Positions 52,952 to 62,455 of a stretch of 64,000 nt of DNA are shown here, one piece after another. The position numbers were made by a program, and so were the translations under genes. The notes beneath the pieces were generated by a model, which searched no databases, was not told the DNA's origin, and saw only the letters and a program-made list of their open reading frames with translations. Source of the stretch: an uncultured Gemmataceae bacterium (lineage in GTDB: Bacteria; Planctomycetota; Planctomycetia; Gemmatales; Gemmataceae); the NCBI GenBank assembly GCA_963750165.1, contig CAVVPN010000011.1, positions 2,208,001 to 2,272,000 of the forward strand. Direction: 5' to 3'. Numbering within the stretch: the first letter of the stretch is position 1; each line of letters opens with the position of its first letter.

Positions 52952-53148
52952 CTGACTCCCCCGGCTGCTTCGGCGGCCGGGCGCGGGGACGCAGGGAGGC
53001 GTCCTTAGCTCACCAAGGGATCGTGCGGCGCGTCCGCGCGGTCAATGAACGGGCCGGCCGGGAGTAGCTACCCGGCGAGACGGCCAAACACGTTGCGACC
53101 CGTTTGGGGGCCGCGCGGACGATCCGCGGTCCCACGAGGTCAACGGCC

Positions 53149-54234
53149 ATGCCGTTCGTCTACACCGGTCAGTTCAACGCCTACGTCCCCAAGGCCACCG
53201 GCCAGGTAGTCGCCTACGCCCGCAACCCGAAAAAGTACAAGCTCAACCGCTACACGCAGCTGGTGCCGGCGCCGGAGGACTTGTTCCTCTACTACCTGAT
53301 CCATCCGGACGACTTCGTCACGCACTACAACCAGACCGCCGCCATCTGGCAGGACGGCCAGTTGCGGCCGATGAAGTCCGGTCAGCGCATCCGCCACGAC
53401 CAGGTGCAGGGCCAGTGCGTCCGCTATGACTACGACTTCCAGATCGGCTGGAAGACGCTCAAGAGCGCGGACTACAACGTGCTCATGGCCAACACCAAGT
53501 CGGCCGAAAACGAGGCCATGATCGCCTGGACCGAGGAGGCCATCGCCCTGATCGAGGATGCGGCCAACTGGAACGGCAACACCGCCGACGCCGCGGACCT
53601 CGACGGCGGCGCCACCTGGGACGCCGGCACGCCGGAGAATCCCGTCATCAAGAAGACGCTGGGGGCGCTGGCCGAGCAGATTAGCCTGGGCACCAATGGC
53701 ATCGTCGGCGACTTCGAGAACCCCGAGGACGTGGGCCTCATCCTGCTCCTGGCCCCGGGCGCCGCCCGCCGCATGGCGGTGACGCCGGAAATCCACGCGA
53801 TTTACAAGGAGTCGCTGTACGCCGACGCCCTGGTGACGCGGCAGAGCGCCAACCCGAACGCCGTCTGGCAACTGCCGGCCCGGCTCTACGGCTTCACCGT
53901 CGTCGTCGAGAACGCGGTGCAGGTGAGCACGTCCCCCGTGGCCGCGGCCACGGCGGCGGCCACGACCGGCAGCCCGGCGCCGCGGTCGTTCCTCAAGAGC
54001 TACACGAGCGCGGCGATCCTCAGCCGTGTCGGCGGCATCGACGGCGAGATCGCCGCGCCCAACTTCTCGACGGTGCAGCGCTATTACACCGGCACCGAAA
54101 TGGCCGTCAAAATTTTCGACGAACCCAAGCACGAGTTGACCGACGGTCACGTGGAGCGCTGCGGCACCACCAAGCTGGCGGCGCCGGCGTCGGGGTTCCT
54201 CATCACCAACATCTTCCGGCCAGGCGTCGGCTAA
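53149..54234 (+). CDS. Putative major capsid protein
   Basis: 361 aa; follows protease and cement genes, precedes the gp36-like adaptor; LYGFTVVV C-terminal pattern. Confidence 0.72.
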   Translation: MPFVYTGQFNAYVPKATGQVVAYARNPKKYKLNRYTQLVPAPEDLFLYYLIHPDDFVTHYNQTAAIWQDGQLRPMKSGQRIRHDQVQGQCVRYDYDFQIGWKTLKSADYNVLMANTKSAENEAMIAWTEEAIALIEDAANWNGNTADAADLDGGATWDAGTPENPVIKKTLGALAEQISLGTNGIVGDFENPEDVGLILLLAPGAARRMAVTPEIHAIYKESLYADALVTRQSANPNAVWQLPARLYGFTVVVENAVQVSTSPVAAATAAATTGSPAPRSFLKSYTSAAILSRVGGIDGEIAAPNFSTVQRYYTGTEMAVKIFDEPKHELTDGHVERCGTTKLAAPASGFLITNIFRPGVG

Positions 54235-54267
54235 CCCGGGCGACGGCTGACACAGAGGGTCCGATTC

Positions 54268-55065
54268 ATGGAAACCGCCGCGCTGATGAAGGGGCACGTC
54301 CACCGGCTGTTGCCGATCCCGGCCGCCGAGGACCAGGGCAAGAGCGCGCGTTTCGGCCGCTACGGCGAGCCGTGCGTGCAGTCGATGGTTCGCAAGGCGC
54401 ACCCGCTGGCCGACGAGGGCAGCTACTTCCTGTGCAACAACGCGCAGACGGCCATCACCGCCGTGGCCGCCACGGCGTTCGCGGCGACGACGCCGCTGCT
54501 CATCGTCACCAACACCGACGTGCCCACCAACCCGAACGCCAAGAGCATCTACCTGGACTTCCTGTCCCTGCTCAACGGCAGCACGGCGTTCTCGAACAGC
54601 ACCAGCAACATCGGCATGTTCTGGGCCAGTTACCTCGACCAGCTGGCCCGCTACTCCTCGGGCGGCAGCAACCTGTCGGCCAACATCGTCAGCCCGAACA
54701 GCGGCGTCGCCAACCCGACCTCGGTGGCCAAGGTCTACCTGGGCAGCCTGACGGCGGCGGCGGCCGGCCCCAACGTCCGCTGCCTGATCGGCCAGCGGCT
54801 GTTCCGCGCCCCGGTCACCGCCACGGCCATGTCGCTGGCGTACCTCGACGACTGGCACTACGAGTTCGGCAGCGTGGAATCCCCGCCGGCGGGCACGCCG
54901 GGCACCTCGGGCACCGTCAACGCCAACGCCCTGCACAGCGTCTTCAAGCACCCGCCCGTGGTGATCGGCCCGGGGCACAGCTTCCTGCTCTACCTGTGGA
55001 TGGCGGCCAACAGCGGCCAGACCGGCGGCACCCTCTTGCCCGATCTGGGCTGGTGGGAGCGCTGA
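54268..55065 (+). CDS. Putative virion structural protein
   Basis: Ser/Thr/Asn-rich ORF; PVVIGPG motif; operon context. Confidence 0.55.
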   Translation: METAALMKGHVHRLLPIPAAEDQGKSARFGRYGEPCVQSMVRKAHPLADEGSYFLCNNAQTAITAVAATAFAATTPLLIVTNTDVPTNPNAKSIYLDFLSLLNGSTAFSNSTSNIGMFWASYLDQLARYSSGGSNLSANIVSPNSGVANPTSVAKVYLGSLTAAAAGPNVRCLIGQRLFRAPVTATAMSLAYLDDWHYEFGSVESPPAGTPGTSGTVNANALHSVFKHPPVVIGPGHSFLLYLWMAANSGQTGGTLLPDLGWWER

Positions 55066-55160
55066 GCGGCGGCCGGACAGTTGGGTTTTGCGAAACCGTG
55101 GCGGATTCCGGCGCCGATCGCGGCCGGAATCCGCCGTAGCAGCCCAGTCAAGGGGCGGCC

Positions 55161-55700
55161 ATGACGCAGACCGTCATCAGCGGAGCCAGCGCCTACTGCA
55201 CGCCGCAGCAGTTCCTGGACCGCTACGACCTGCGGACGGTCGGCCGGCTGCTCTCCGATGACGGTAAGAGCACGCTGAACCAGATGCAACTGCTGGCGAG
55301 TCCGATCCTGGCCTCCTTCCTCATGGAAGCCTCGGGCGAGGTCGAAACGGTGTGCCTGCAGGGAGGGCGGTACACCCCGGCGGACCTGGCCGCGCTGGCG
55401 GGGACCAACCACGGCATGACGCTGGCCGGCCTGGTCGCGGACCTGGCCATGTGGCGGCTGTGGCGGCGGCGGCCCAGCAAGGACGACAAGGCCCCGGCGT
55501 CCGTGGAGGATGCCCGGGATCTGCTCCAGCGGCTGGGCGACGGCGAAGCCATCTTTGGCTTCCAGGAGACGGCCGACGCGGGCGTGCTGCACGCCGGGCG
55601 GCGGCACCAGCGCGACGAGACCTTGCTGCCGCCTCGCTACTATGGCCGCGGTTGGGATAGCGACCGCGGCTATGGCTTTGGCAGTGGCGTGGGCGACTGA
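55161..55700 (+). CDS. Mu gp36/DUF1320-like head-tail adaptor
   Basis: YCT...ASGEVE...GRY...DLAMWRL...DARDLLQRLGDG pattern. Confidence 0.75.
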   Translation: MTQTVISGASAYCTPQQFLDRYDLRTVGRLLSDDGKSTLNQMQLLASPILASFLMEASGEVETVCLQGGRYTPADLAALAGTNHGMTLAGLVADLAMWRLWRRRPSKDDKAPASVEDARDLLQRLGDGEAIFGFQETADAGVLHAGRRHQRDETLLPPRYYGRGWDSDRGYGFGSGVGD

Positions 55701-55711
55701 GGGCCACGACG

Positions 55712-56299
55712 ATGACGCTACAGGTCGGCATCCCCAACCCGCTCTCCACCGGCGCCGTGGCCATCTACGTTGGCACCGGCAAACACAACGCGCCGGCCCT
55801 GCTCGGCACCGGCCGCACGGCGCCCCGCTACCTGATCGAGCGGGCCTGGATTCCCTTCTTCAATGATCTGGGCGGCTCGGCGATGCCCTTTGACGAGCTG
55901 TACGCGGGCACGCGGGCGCTCGTCTCGGTGGACCTCAACTGGCTCGACCTCAAAGTGCTCAAGGTGGCGCAGGCCGTCCCCGGTTCCGTCAGCCAGCAGA
56001 CCGGCTTTCAGGCGCTGCTCGACCAGGGTTCGTTCATGGTCGCCGAGAACCTGGCGTCCCCGCTCTGGCTCAGGTTCCTCAACTACAACAAGCCGGCGTT
56101 TCGGGCGCTCGGCCTCGCCCCTGGCATCCGCTTCCCCTACAGCTGGCTGCTCGGCCCCGACCGCCACGAGCCGGGCACGCAGTCGCTGAATATCAACCTC
56201 ATCTGGCGCTGCCAGCGCGGCTTCGTGCCGGCGCTCGGCGGCTTCCTGTTCGCGGACAACGACATGACCGGACTGCCGCCCTTCCCCGGCCTGAAGTGA
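55712..56299 (+). CDS. Putative tail tube protein
   Basis: LG....P........ND.GG..P.D....G..A.V...L pattern; precedes the chaperone pair. Confidence 0.5.
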   Translation: MTLQVGIPNPLSTGAVAIYVGTGKHNAPALLGTGRTAPRYLIERAWIPFFNDLGGSAMPFDELYAGTRALVSVDLNWLDLKVLKVAQAVPGSVSQQTGFQALLDQGSFMVAENLASPLWLRFLNYNKPAFRALGLAPGIRFPYSWLLGPDRHEPGTQSLNINLIWRCQRGFVPALGGFLFADNDMTGLPPFPGLK

Positions 56300-56306
56300 G
56301 CACCCC

Positions 56307-56708
56307 ATGAGTCAGCGCGGCCCCAACGACGTGTTCGGACCCTACGAGTGCGGCCAGGGCCCGGTCTACGGCGATCCCTTCCGCCTCTACCGCGGCTTCG
56401 TCCACGGTTTAGGCGGCGAGCCGGGCCGTGTCCTGCGCGGCTGCCGGAGCGCCGACGAGACCGAGCGCTTCGAGTGCGTCGAGCGGTTGGTCGCCACGAC
56501 CCGCGAGGTGTTTGGCCTGGTGCCGTTCGACCCGGCGGACGGCTCGGGCGTCCTGGACCGCGAGGCGGTCGAGTTGGCCCGGCAGTTCCTGCTCTGGGTC
56601 GAGGGTGTAAAAAAAAATGGCGTGACGCCGCCGACCTCGCCGCCAATTACGGAGTTGGCGTCCTGCCCGGACCCTTGGGTCACGCCGGACGCTTCGGTCT
56701 GTGGCTGA
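56307..56708 (+). CDS. Tail assembly chaperone (G-like)
   Basis: Follows the tube gene; slippery A9 run near the 3' end. Confidence 0.55.
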   Translation: MSQRGPNDVFGPYECGQGPVYGDPFRLYRGFVHGLGGEPGRVLRGCRSADETERFECVERLVATTREVFGLVPFDPADGSGVLDREAVELARQFLLWVEGVKKNGVTPPTSPPITELASCPDPWVTPDASVCG

Positions 56709-56926
56709 ACCTGCCCCGGCAGCGGGCGCGGCACGCCTGGGCCGGCAAGGAGGCCATCGAGTTGGCGATGGGTCGGGGCAGGGTGCCGCGGCTGTACTTT
56801 GAGGCGGTGTGCGCCACCGAGGCCCAGGCCGAGGAACTGGCCTTCCGGGTCAACACGGCGCGGAAGGAAAAAGAGGCGCTGGCCTCCCTCAAGGGCGGCC
56901 CGGCGGCGTGGCAAGGGGCTTGGTAG
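56609..56926 (+). CDS. -1 frameshift extension (GT-like chaperone)
   Basis: Open -1 frame from A AAA AAA to a stop abutting the next ATG. Confidence 0.55.
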   Translation, partial: KKKWRDAADLAANYGVGVLPGPLGHAGRFGLWLNLPRQRARHAWAGKEAIELAMGRGRVPRLYFEAVCATEAQAEELAFRVNTARKEKEALASLKGGPAAWQGAW

Positions 56927-57859
56927 ATGGCGGCCGACAAGGAAGCGCTGTTGCAGATGGCGGCGGCGCTGGCCGACGAGGCGGCGGGCATGGCCGACGC
57001 CGTGGACCGCACCGCCGGGTTCGGCCAGGTCGAGATGCCGGCAATGGCGGACGAGGCGGGCGGTCTGGCGCCCCTGGACTGGCCGCAGAGTGCAGACGGC
57101 GCCGAAGGCGAGGCCGGGGGTGACGGTCAGGACCCGTTCGCGCCGCCGGACTTCGCGGGACTGGGCGGGGCGCTGGAGCCGGGCGGCATGCCCGCGGCCG
57201 GCGTGGCGCCGGGAGAGGTACCGCAGGTGCCGGCGACGGGGTTGGATGCCGCGGGCGACTTCGCGCCGCCGGTGACTGCGGGCGACGGACCCTTCGAGGT
57301 GCCGCCGTTGCCGGGGGCGGTGCCGGAGTTGCCGCCGCCCGAGTTGCCGCAGAGCGTGCCGGCCACCGTGAACTACTACCCCAACGAACCGCAGGTCGAG
57401 GCGCCGCCGCCGGCGGCCGGGCCGGACCAGGATCCGTTCCGCTTCAGCCAGTGGACCGAGCAGGACGGCGGCATCGTCTTTGAGAATGGCCCCGGTGCGG
57501 CCCCAGAGCGCGGCGGCCCGCAACCCTCGGAGTTGCCCGAGCAGGCGGCCGACGAGCCGGACAAGGCGCCGCTGGGGGGCGTCCTGGGCGATGTCTTCGG
57601 GTTGCTCCAGAGCATCCAGGAGGGGATTCAGGCGCTGGCGGGTGGGGGCAGCCAAGGGAGAGGGGCCAACGGCCTCAACTTGCCCACGGGGCCGCAAGGG
57701 CTGCCCTGGTCTGGGATACCTCCGGCGTCCTTGCCCGAGGCCAGCGAGAGCTACGCCGCGGCGTCGCCGGGGATCTTCGACGCGACCACCACGGCCGGCG
57801 CCGGGGGGCTGGCGGCTACGGTGCCGGCAGCCGGCCAAACGTGCCGACTATCGACGTGA
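56927..57859 (+). CDS. Acidic Pro/Gly-rich low-complexity protein
   Basis: 310-aa ORF in the position where a tape measure gene is expected. Confidence 0.6.
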   Translation: MAADKEALLQMAAALADEAAGMADAVDRTAGFGQVEMPAMADEAGGLAPLDWPQSADGAEGEAGGDGQDPFAPPDFAGLGGALEPGGMPAAGVAPGEVPQVPATGLDAAGDFAPPVTAGDGPFEVPPLPGAVPELPPPELPQSVPATVNYYPNEPQVEAPPPAAGPDQDPFRFSQWTEQDGGIVFENGPGAAPERGGPQPSELPEQAADEPDKAPLGGVLGDVFGLLQSIQEGIQALAGGGSQGRGANGLNLPTGPQGLPWSGIPPASLPEASESYAAASPGIFDATTTAGAGGLAATVPAAGQTCRLST

Positions 57860-57899
57860 CCGAACCTTCCAAGCGGCTGGCTTCGCACGGGTGATACCG

Positions 57900-59693
57900 A
57901 TGGCGACCTGGGCGTTCTACAACGGCGTGTACATGGACCGCGCCCGCTGCCACGTGCAAAGGCAGCAGGTGGTCAGCAACGGCTTCTACGTCCGCACCGA
58001 CGTGACGCTGCGCGTCCGCGGGGTCTACAACCCCGCCTACATCAGCTACTATCTGAACAAGCTGCCCGCGCAGGCGAAGGCGGCGGCATTGGCGGGGCAG
58101 GCGGTCGGCAACCTCGCCGCCGGCCTGGCCGCCAACGCCGCGCCCCCAGGCTTCAACCCCCTCGCCCTGGCGAACGCCGCCGCCGGGCTGGCCCAGGCGG
58201 GCAGTGTGCCGCGGCCGGCCCCGCGCCAGGCGCCGGGCGTGCCCGCCCCGCAGACCGACAATGCCATCCGCTACGTGCTCAGCCAACCGCGCAAGCGCCT
58301 CGTCTTCGGCTGCGGACCCGACATCCTGTACGACATCCCCCGGCCGCCGAACACCACGGACGTGAACAACGGGCCGACGCCCGTGCGTATCGACGTGGTG
58401 GAGGTCGAGGGCTACAAGACCTTCCACATCGACTTCATCATCACCTTCGCTGTTAACGAGGTGGACGCCACCAATCGCGGCCAGCGGCGTACCATCGACA
58501 ACAGGGGGAAGCCGGTCAACGTCACCGTCGCCAATTCGCCCTACCGGGTCAGCCCGCTGCTGCTGCACGAGTGGTCGATGGAGCACGACATCGACCAGGA
58601 CTTCTTCGTCACCCGCACGGTGACGGGTCGCGCCGTCTTTCGCACGGACGTGCTGACGCGCGAGGGGCTCGTCCCCGATCAGCTGCGTTACTGGCTGGGG
58701 CACCCGGTGCCGGAAAGGTTCGCCCGCCAGCGTGTCTGGGTCAAGGCGCTGCCGGACAACCGCACGGTCGAGTACACCATCCTCGACCGCGAGCGGACAA
58801 TCCCGTGGGACCCAAACCAGGCCACCCGCGTCGAGTGCGTGTACACGGAAAGCATCAACCACGAGGGGCTGGAATCGTTTCTGGGGCGGCAGAGTTGGTC
58901 GTACCGGGACCGTCAGGACCGATTGCGCTTTGATACCAGTTGGTCGGGCGGCTTCGCCGCCTCGGGGTTCGTGCTTGGGCTGCAGGCGGCGCCGATGCTC
59001 TGGAATGGAATTCGCAATTTGTTTCCCAATGCAGGACTCCCGGCCATGCCAGGCGCCACCGCGCTGGCCGGTGTGCCGGTGAAGAACTATCATATCGTCG
59101 GCCGCGCCTGGGGCCACCCGGGCAAGGATTTGGGCCTCCTCGCCAACTACGTCCGCCGCTTCGTCGGCACCCGGCTGGTCAACCCGCTGGCACCGCCAGG
59201 CGCCATCCTGCCGCAGCGCTTCCCTGGGTTCAACCCCATCCGGGGCATTATGCTGGGCAGCGAGGTGTACGAGCACCGCGCGGACCTGACCGGCAAGTTC
59301 GTCGAGTTCAGCATGACCATGACCGGCTCGCTACTCCGCTCCCTCGCTGGAGACATCGGCTTCGCGAACGCCCAGCCGGGCGCGTTCGATGAGGCCCCGG
59401 GACGGCCCGGCCCACCGGAGAACCGCCCCATCCTGGCGCACCCCATGCGCGGCGTGTACCTGGGGGCGGCCGTGGCGCGGGCGCTGCGGGACACGGAAAC
59501 GCCCTGGACGCCCCCGACCGACCCGCCGAACGTGCTGGAGGTGAACAACCCGCGGCCGGTGGGTTCCAACAACCGGCTCAACGCCGACCCGCAGCAGATT
59601 TGGAACGGCGATCAGGGGCAGTTCGATCTGGTCAGAAACGATGTCGCGGCGGGGGTCAACAACAACGCGGCCGATGCCGTGCAGGCCCCGTGA
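57900..59693 (+). CDS. Putative tail-associated protein
   Basis: 597-aa ORF with strong codon bias; position in the tail region. Confidence 0.55.
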   Translation: MATWAFYNGVYMDRARCHVQRQQVVSNGFYVRTDVTLRVRGVYNPAYISYYLNKLPAQAKAAALAGQAVGNLAAGLAANAAPPGFNPLALANAAAGLAQAGSVPRPAPRQAPGVPAPQTDNAIRYVLSQPRKRLVFGCGPDILYDIPRPPNTTDVNNGPTPVRIDVVEVEGYKTFHIDFIITFAVNEVDATNRGQRRTIDNRGKPVNVTVANSPYRVSPLLLHEWSMEHDIDQDFFVTRTVTGRAVFRTDVLTREGLVPDQLRYWLGHPVPERFARQRVWVKALPDNRTVEYTILDRERTIPWDPNQATRVECVYTESINHEGLESFLGRQSWSYRDRQDRLRFDTSWSGGFAASGFVLGLQAAPMLWNGIRNLFPNAGLPAMPGATALAGVPVKNYHIVGRAWGHPGKDLGLLANYVRRFVGTRLVNPLAPPGAILPQRFPGFNPIRGIMLGSEVYEHRADLTGKFVEFSMTMTGSLLRSLAGDIGFANAQPGAFDEAPGRPGPPENRPILAHPMRGVYLGAAVARALRDTETPWTPPTDPPNVLEVNNPRPVGSNNRLNADPQQIWNGDQGQFDLVRNDVAAGVNNNAADAVQAP

Positions 59694-59701
59694 GGTGAGT
59701 C

Positions 59702-60238
59702 ATGGCCACGAGTCCCGTTTTGTACAAGCTGCCGGCCAAGACCCCGCGCTTCAACTTCGACTACGGGGTAGGCGGCTACGTCCGCAACCAGCTGGCCAGC
59801 GAGTACCTGTTCAACACGGGCAAGATTGTGGTGCCCGTCATGGGCGATCCGAATTACCCCGCGACGGAGGACACCACGGTATCCGTGCAGGTGTGCAGCC
59901 CCTATGGCTTCAAGGTGGTGTCGTTCCATCTGGGCCGCGTCGGCATCAAGCCGCGGCTGCCGTCGCCGCAGTCCAACGACCCGAACCTGGAGTTCCTGGG
60001 CGGCCGGCTGTGGCTGCCCGCGCCGGTCATCCTCAACGACCTGGTGACCTACGTGTACGAAGCGGCCGGCGTCTACTACTACCGCTGCCTGAAACCCGTC
60101 TGGACCGCCGAGGGGTTCACGCTCGGCGCCTCGACGGTGGACCGCACTCCGGGCGCTGCGAACATGCTGGGCGGCCCCGCCGACGCGAACCGCTTCTTCC
60201 CCATCGACGCCACCGACGTACAGCAGAAGCAGGCATAG
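59702..60238 (+). CDS. Hypothetical phage protein
   Basis: GAGGTG RBS; clean ORF. Confidence 0.65.
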   Translation: MATSPVLYKLPAKTPRFNFDYGVGGYVRNQLASEYLFNTGKIVVPVMGDPNYPATEDTTVSVQVCSPYGFKVVSFHLGRVGIKPRLPSPQSNDPNLEFLGGRLWLPAPVILNDLVTYVYEAAGVYYYRCLKPVWTAEGFTLGASTVDRTPGAANMLGGPADANRFFPIDATDVQQKQA

Positions 60239-60258
60239 GTGGGCATCGCGCCGAAGCC

Positions 60259-60837
60259 TTACTGAGAAGGCCGGGCGAATACCTGGCAGAAATAGATGGT
60301 ATCGCCGTTGCCATCCCCCGGTTGCCCCGGGGCGATGGCGACACCGATGCCGGTTTCGGTCCAGTCGCCGCCGAAGGCAATCGGAATGAGGCCGAACTCC
60401 CAGCGCCGCTTTACCACATGGGCGGCGCTCGGCCGGGCTATGTCGGCCCGGTCGAATGCGACATCGTAGAGCGCCGCCACCTTGCCAGCGTAGCCCGCCT
60501 CCTTGGCCCGCTGCTCTGCCTTCTTACCGTCCGCGGGCAGCCCAAAACCCTTCGCTTTGGCCATCTGATCGGCGTGCAGCTGCGCGATCGCGTCCAGCTT
60601 GGCGATCCGCTTCAGTGGCAACACATCGGGCAGAGGCGGCTCTCCGATTTCCTTGCGAACCTGATTGGCGTTCGGCAGCCGCTCCTTCCGATACCACTCC
60701 CGCGCCTTGTTGTGCAGGGCGAAGAGTTCGTCCCCGAGCTTCTTCAGGTCCAGTGGCTTCTTGTCCTGGGCGGCCGGGCCGGTGCCGGGCAACACCGCCG
60801 CCAGCACCGCCACCGCCGTCAACGTCATTACGCGCAT
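60259..60837 (-). CDS. Secreted CAP/SCP domain protein (cargo gene)
   Basis: Signal peptide; LHNKAR, LDAIAQLHADQMA, TETGIG, YFCQVFA. Confidence 0.82.
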   Translation of the reverse strand: MRVMTLTAVAVLAAVLPGTGPAAQDKKPLDLKKLGDELFALHNKAREWYRKERLPNANQVRKEIGEPPLPDVLPLKRIAKLDAIAQLHADQMAKAKGFGLPADGKKAEQRAKEAGYAGKVAALYDVAFDRADIARPSAAHVVKRRWEFGLIPIAFGGDWTETGIGVAIAPGQPGDGNGDTIYFCQVFARPSQ

Positions 60838-60889
60838 GGGTGACCCTCCTTTCCTGCCATTAGAACGGCAAGCCGGGGGCTTGTCAACT

Positions 60890-61144
60890 TCACGCTTTTC
60901 GCGGCCGGCCGCGCTTCGCCGGGGCGGCAGCCGGCGATGGGGCCTTCGTGAACGCCAGGACCGTCACCCCCAGCGCCCGCGCCAGCGCCAGCGCGCTCGA
61001 CCAGCTAGGATCGGTCAGGTTCTGTTCGTAGTGCGAGACGGCACGCTGGCTGATGCCGGCCTTCTCCGCCAGTTCCTTCTGCGTCAGGCCGGCTCTCTCG
61101 CGCAATTCCTTGAGCCGTCCGCTGAAAATCTCCGCATCGGTCAC
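60890..61144 (-). CDS. XRE-family HTH repressor
   Basis: RLKELRERAGLTQKELAEKAGISQRAVSHYE; C-terminal KRGRPRK. Confidence 0.88.
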   Translation of the reverse strand: MTDAEIFSGRLKELRERAGLTQKELAEKAGISQRAVSHYEQNLTDPSWSSALALARALGVTVLAFTKAPSPAAAPAKRGRPRKA

Positions 61145-61163
61145 CGGAACACCCCCGCCAGAA

Positions 61164-61208
61164 AATACCAAAATTTGGCTTGACGCCATAGCCAGACTTT
61201 GGTATTAT
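61164..61208 (+). promoter_or_regulatory. Early promoter overlapped by inverted operator pair
   Basis: TTGACG(61180)-N17-TATTAT; 17-bp inverted repeats 61164-61180 and 61190-61206 (15/17 match). Confidence 0.7.
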
Positions 61209-61295
61209 ACCTTCGTCGCCTGGAAAAACAAGTTGGGCCGGCGAGTGCTACTAACACCCCCGGCCCGTGGCAAACCCCGAGTGACCGAGGTTCAC

Positions 61296-61652
61296 ATGAA
61301 CAGCGTAGCATCCCCCGTCCGTGCCGAGAAGGCCAACACGTCCGCCCGCACCGTCCGCCTGAGCACCAGCGCTCACGGCCACAAGCTCCTGACCATCACG
61401 GAGCGCAAGGGCCGCCAGACGCTCACCACCGCGTACCACCTGGAGCAGATCGACGCCGGCATGGGCCGCCGCGGCTTCCGTCTCTCCAAGGTCGAGCGCT
61501 CCAGCGGCACCGACAAGTCCCCCGAGGCCGACGCCTATCACGTCCTGACCGCACCCGAGGGAACCGCCTGCGAGTGCCGCGGGTTCCTTCGTCACGGGCA
61601 CTGCAAGCACTGCGAGAGTCTGGTTGCCCTGGAGCGGGCCGGCAAGCTCTAG
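61296..61652 (+). CDS. SWIM zinc-finger protein
   Basis: YHV...CECRGF....CKH; GAGG RBS. Confidence 0.78.
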   Translation: MNSVASPVRAEKANTSARTVRLSTSAHGHKLLTITERKGRQTLTTAYHLEQIDAGMGRRGFRLSKVERSSGTDKSPEADAYHVLTAPEGTACECRGFLRHGHCKHCESLVALERAGKL

Positions 61653-61742
61653 AGCCATCTGGTTGATGGGGTGCCGCGGGCCAGGGGCGTGTGCCCCGCC
61701 GCGGCGCCTTTTTCCTCGCCCCCGAACACGGAGAACATCCCG

Positions 61743-61967
61743 ATGACTATCGATACCACGACCACCCGCGGCCTACTGCTGCCCTGCCCCCTGTGCGGGG
61801 AGGCCGAGGCGCAGGTGCTGCTCGACCTGTCGGACATGGACACCTGCCACTGCGACAGCTGCGACACCGACTTCTCGCTGACCGACCTGGCCGGCCGGAT
61901 CGCCAAGTGGCATCGCCTGCTCACCTGGGTCGAGGCCGCCCCGGGCGCGGAAGGCGGTGCGTCTTGA
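61743..61967 (+). CDS. Zinc-ribbon protein
   Basis: CPLC...CDSC; GGAG RBS. Confidence 0.7.
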   Translation: MTIDTTTTRGLLLPCPLCGEAEAQVLLDLSDMDTCHCDSCDTDFSLTDLAGRIAKWHRLLTWVEAAPGAEGGAS

Positions 61968-62043
61968 AACCCACCTGGCGGATGTTAGAATCCACCTTGA
62001 AAATTCCAGGCCCCGAAACCTCTTGTTTCGAGGAGACGGTTCG

Positions 62044-62418
62044 ATGCTCACCGCGCGCCGCGTGCCCGTCAACCGCGTTCAGGCACTGCTGAAACTGGCC
62101 CGCCAGGTCCTCGACGAACAACACGGCCCCGACCCCGGCCCGGTCAGCGTCGTTATCGTCCGGGGCCAACTGGTCACCGTCAGCAGCGACCAGGCCGCCG
62201 AACAAGCCGTCATCGCCGCGGCACCGACGGCCGCGAACGTCGGCCCGCTACAGCGGCGCATCCTGCAGGCCCTGACAGCTTCCCCGCAGACCGCGCGACG
62301 GCTGGCCAGTTCGGTGAGGCACCGTTGCAATAGCTACTTTTACGAGCAGCTGCGACTGCTTGTGGACGCCGACCCACAACTGATCCGCCGCGTGTCCTGG
62401 GGCTACCGGCTGCCGTGA
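62044..62418 (+). CDS. Winged-helix-like protein
   Basis: ILQALTASPQTARRLA...LRLLV...GYRL; GAGGAG RBS. Confidence 0.6.
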   Translation: MLTARRVPVNRVQALLKLARQVLDEQHGPDPGPVSVVIVRGQLVTVSSDQAAEQAVIAAAPTAANVGPLQRRILQALTASPQTARRLASSVRHRCNSYFYEQLRLLVDADPQLIRRVSWGYRLP

Positions 62419-62455
62419 AGGTGGCAGGCAGCATGGAAACGGCCCTTCCGCCCAG

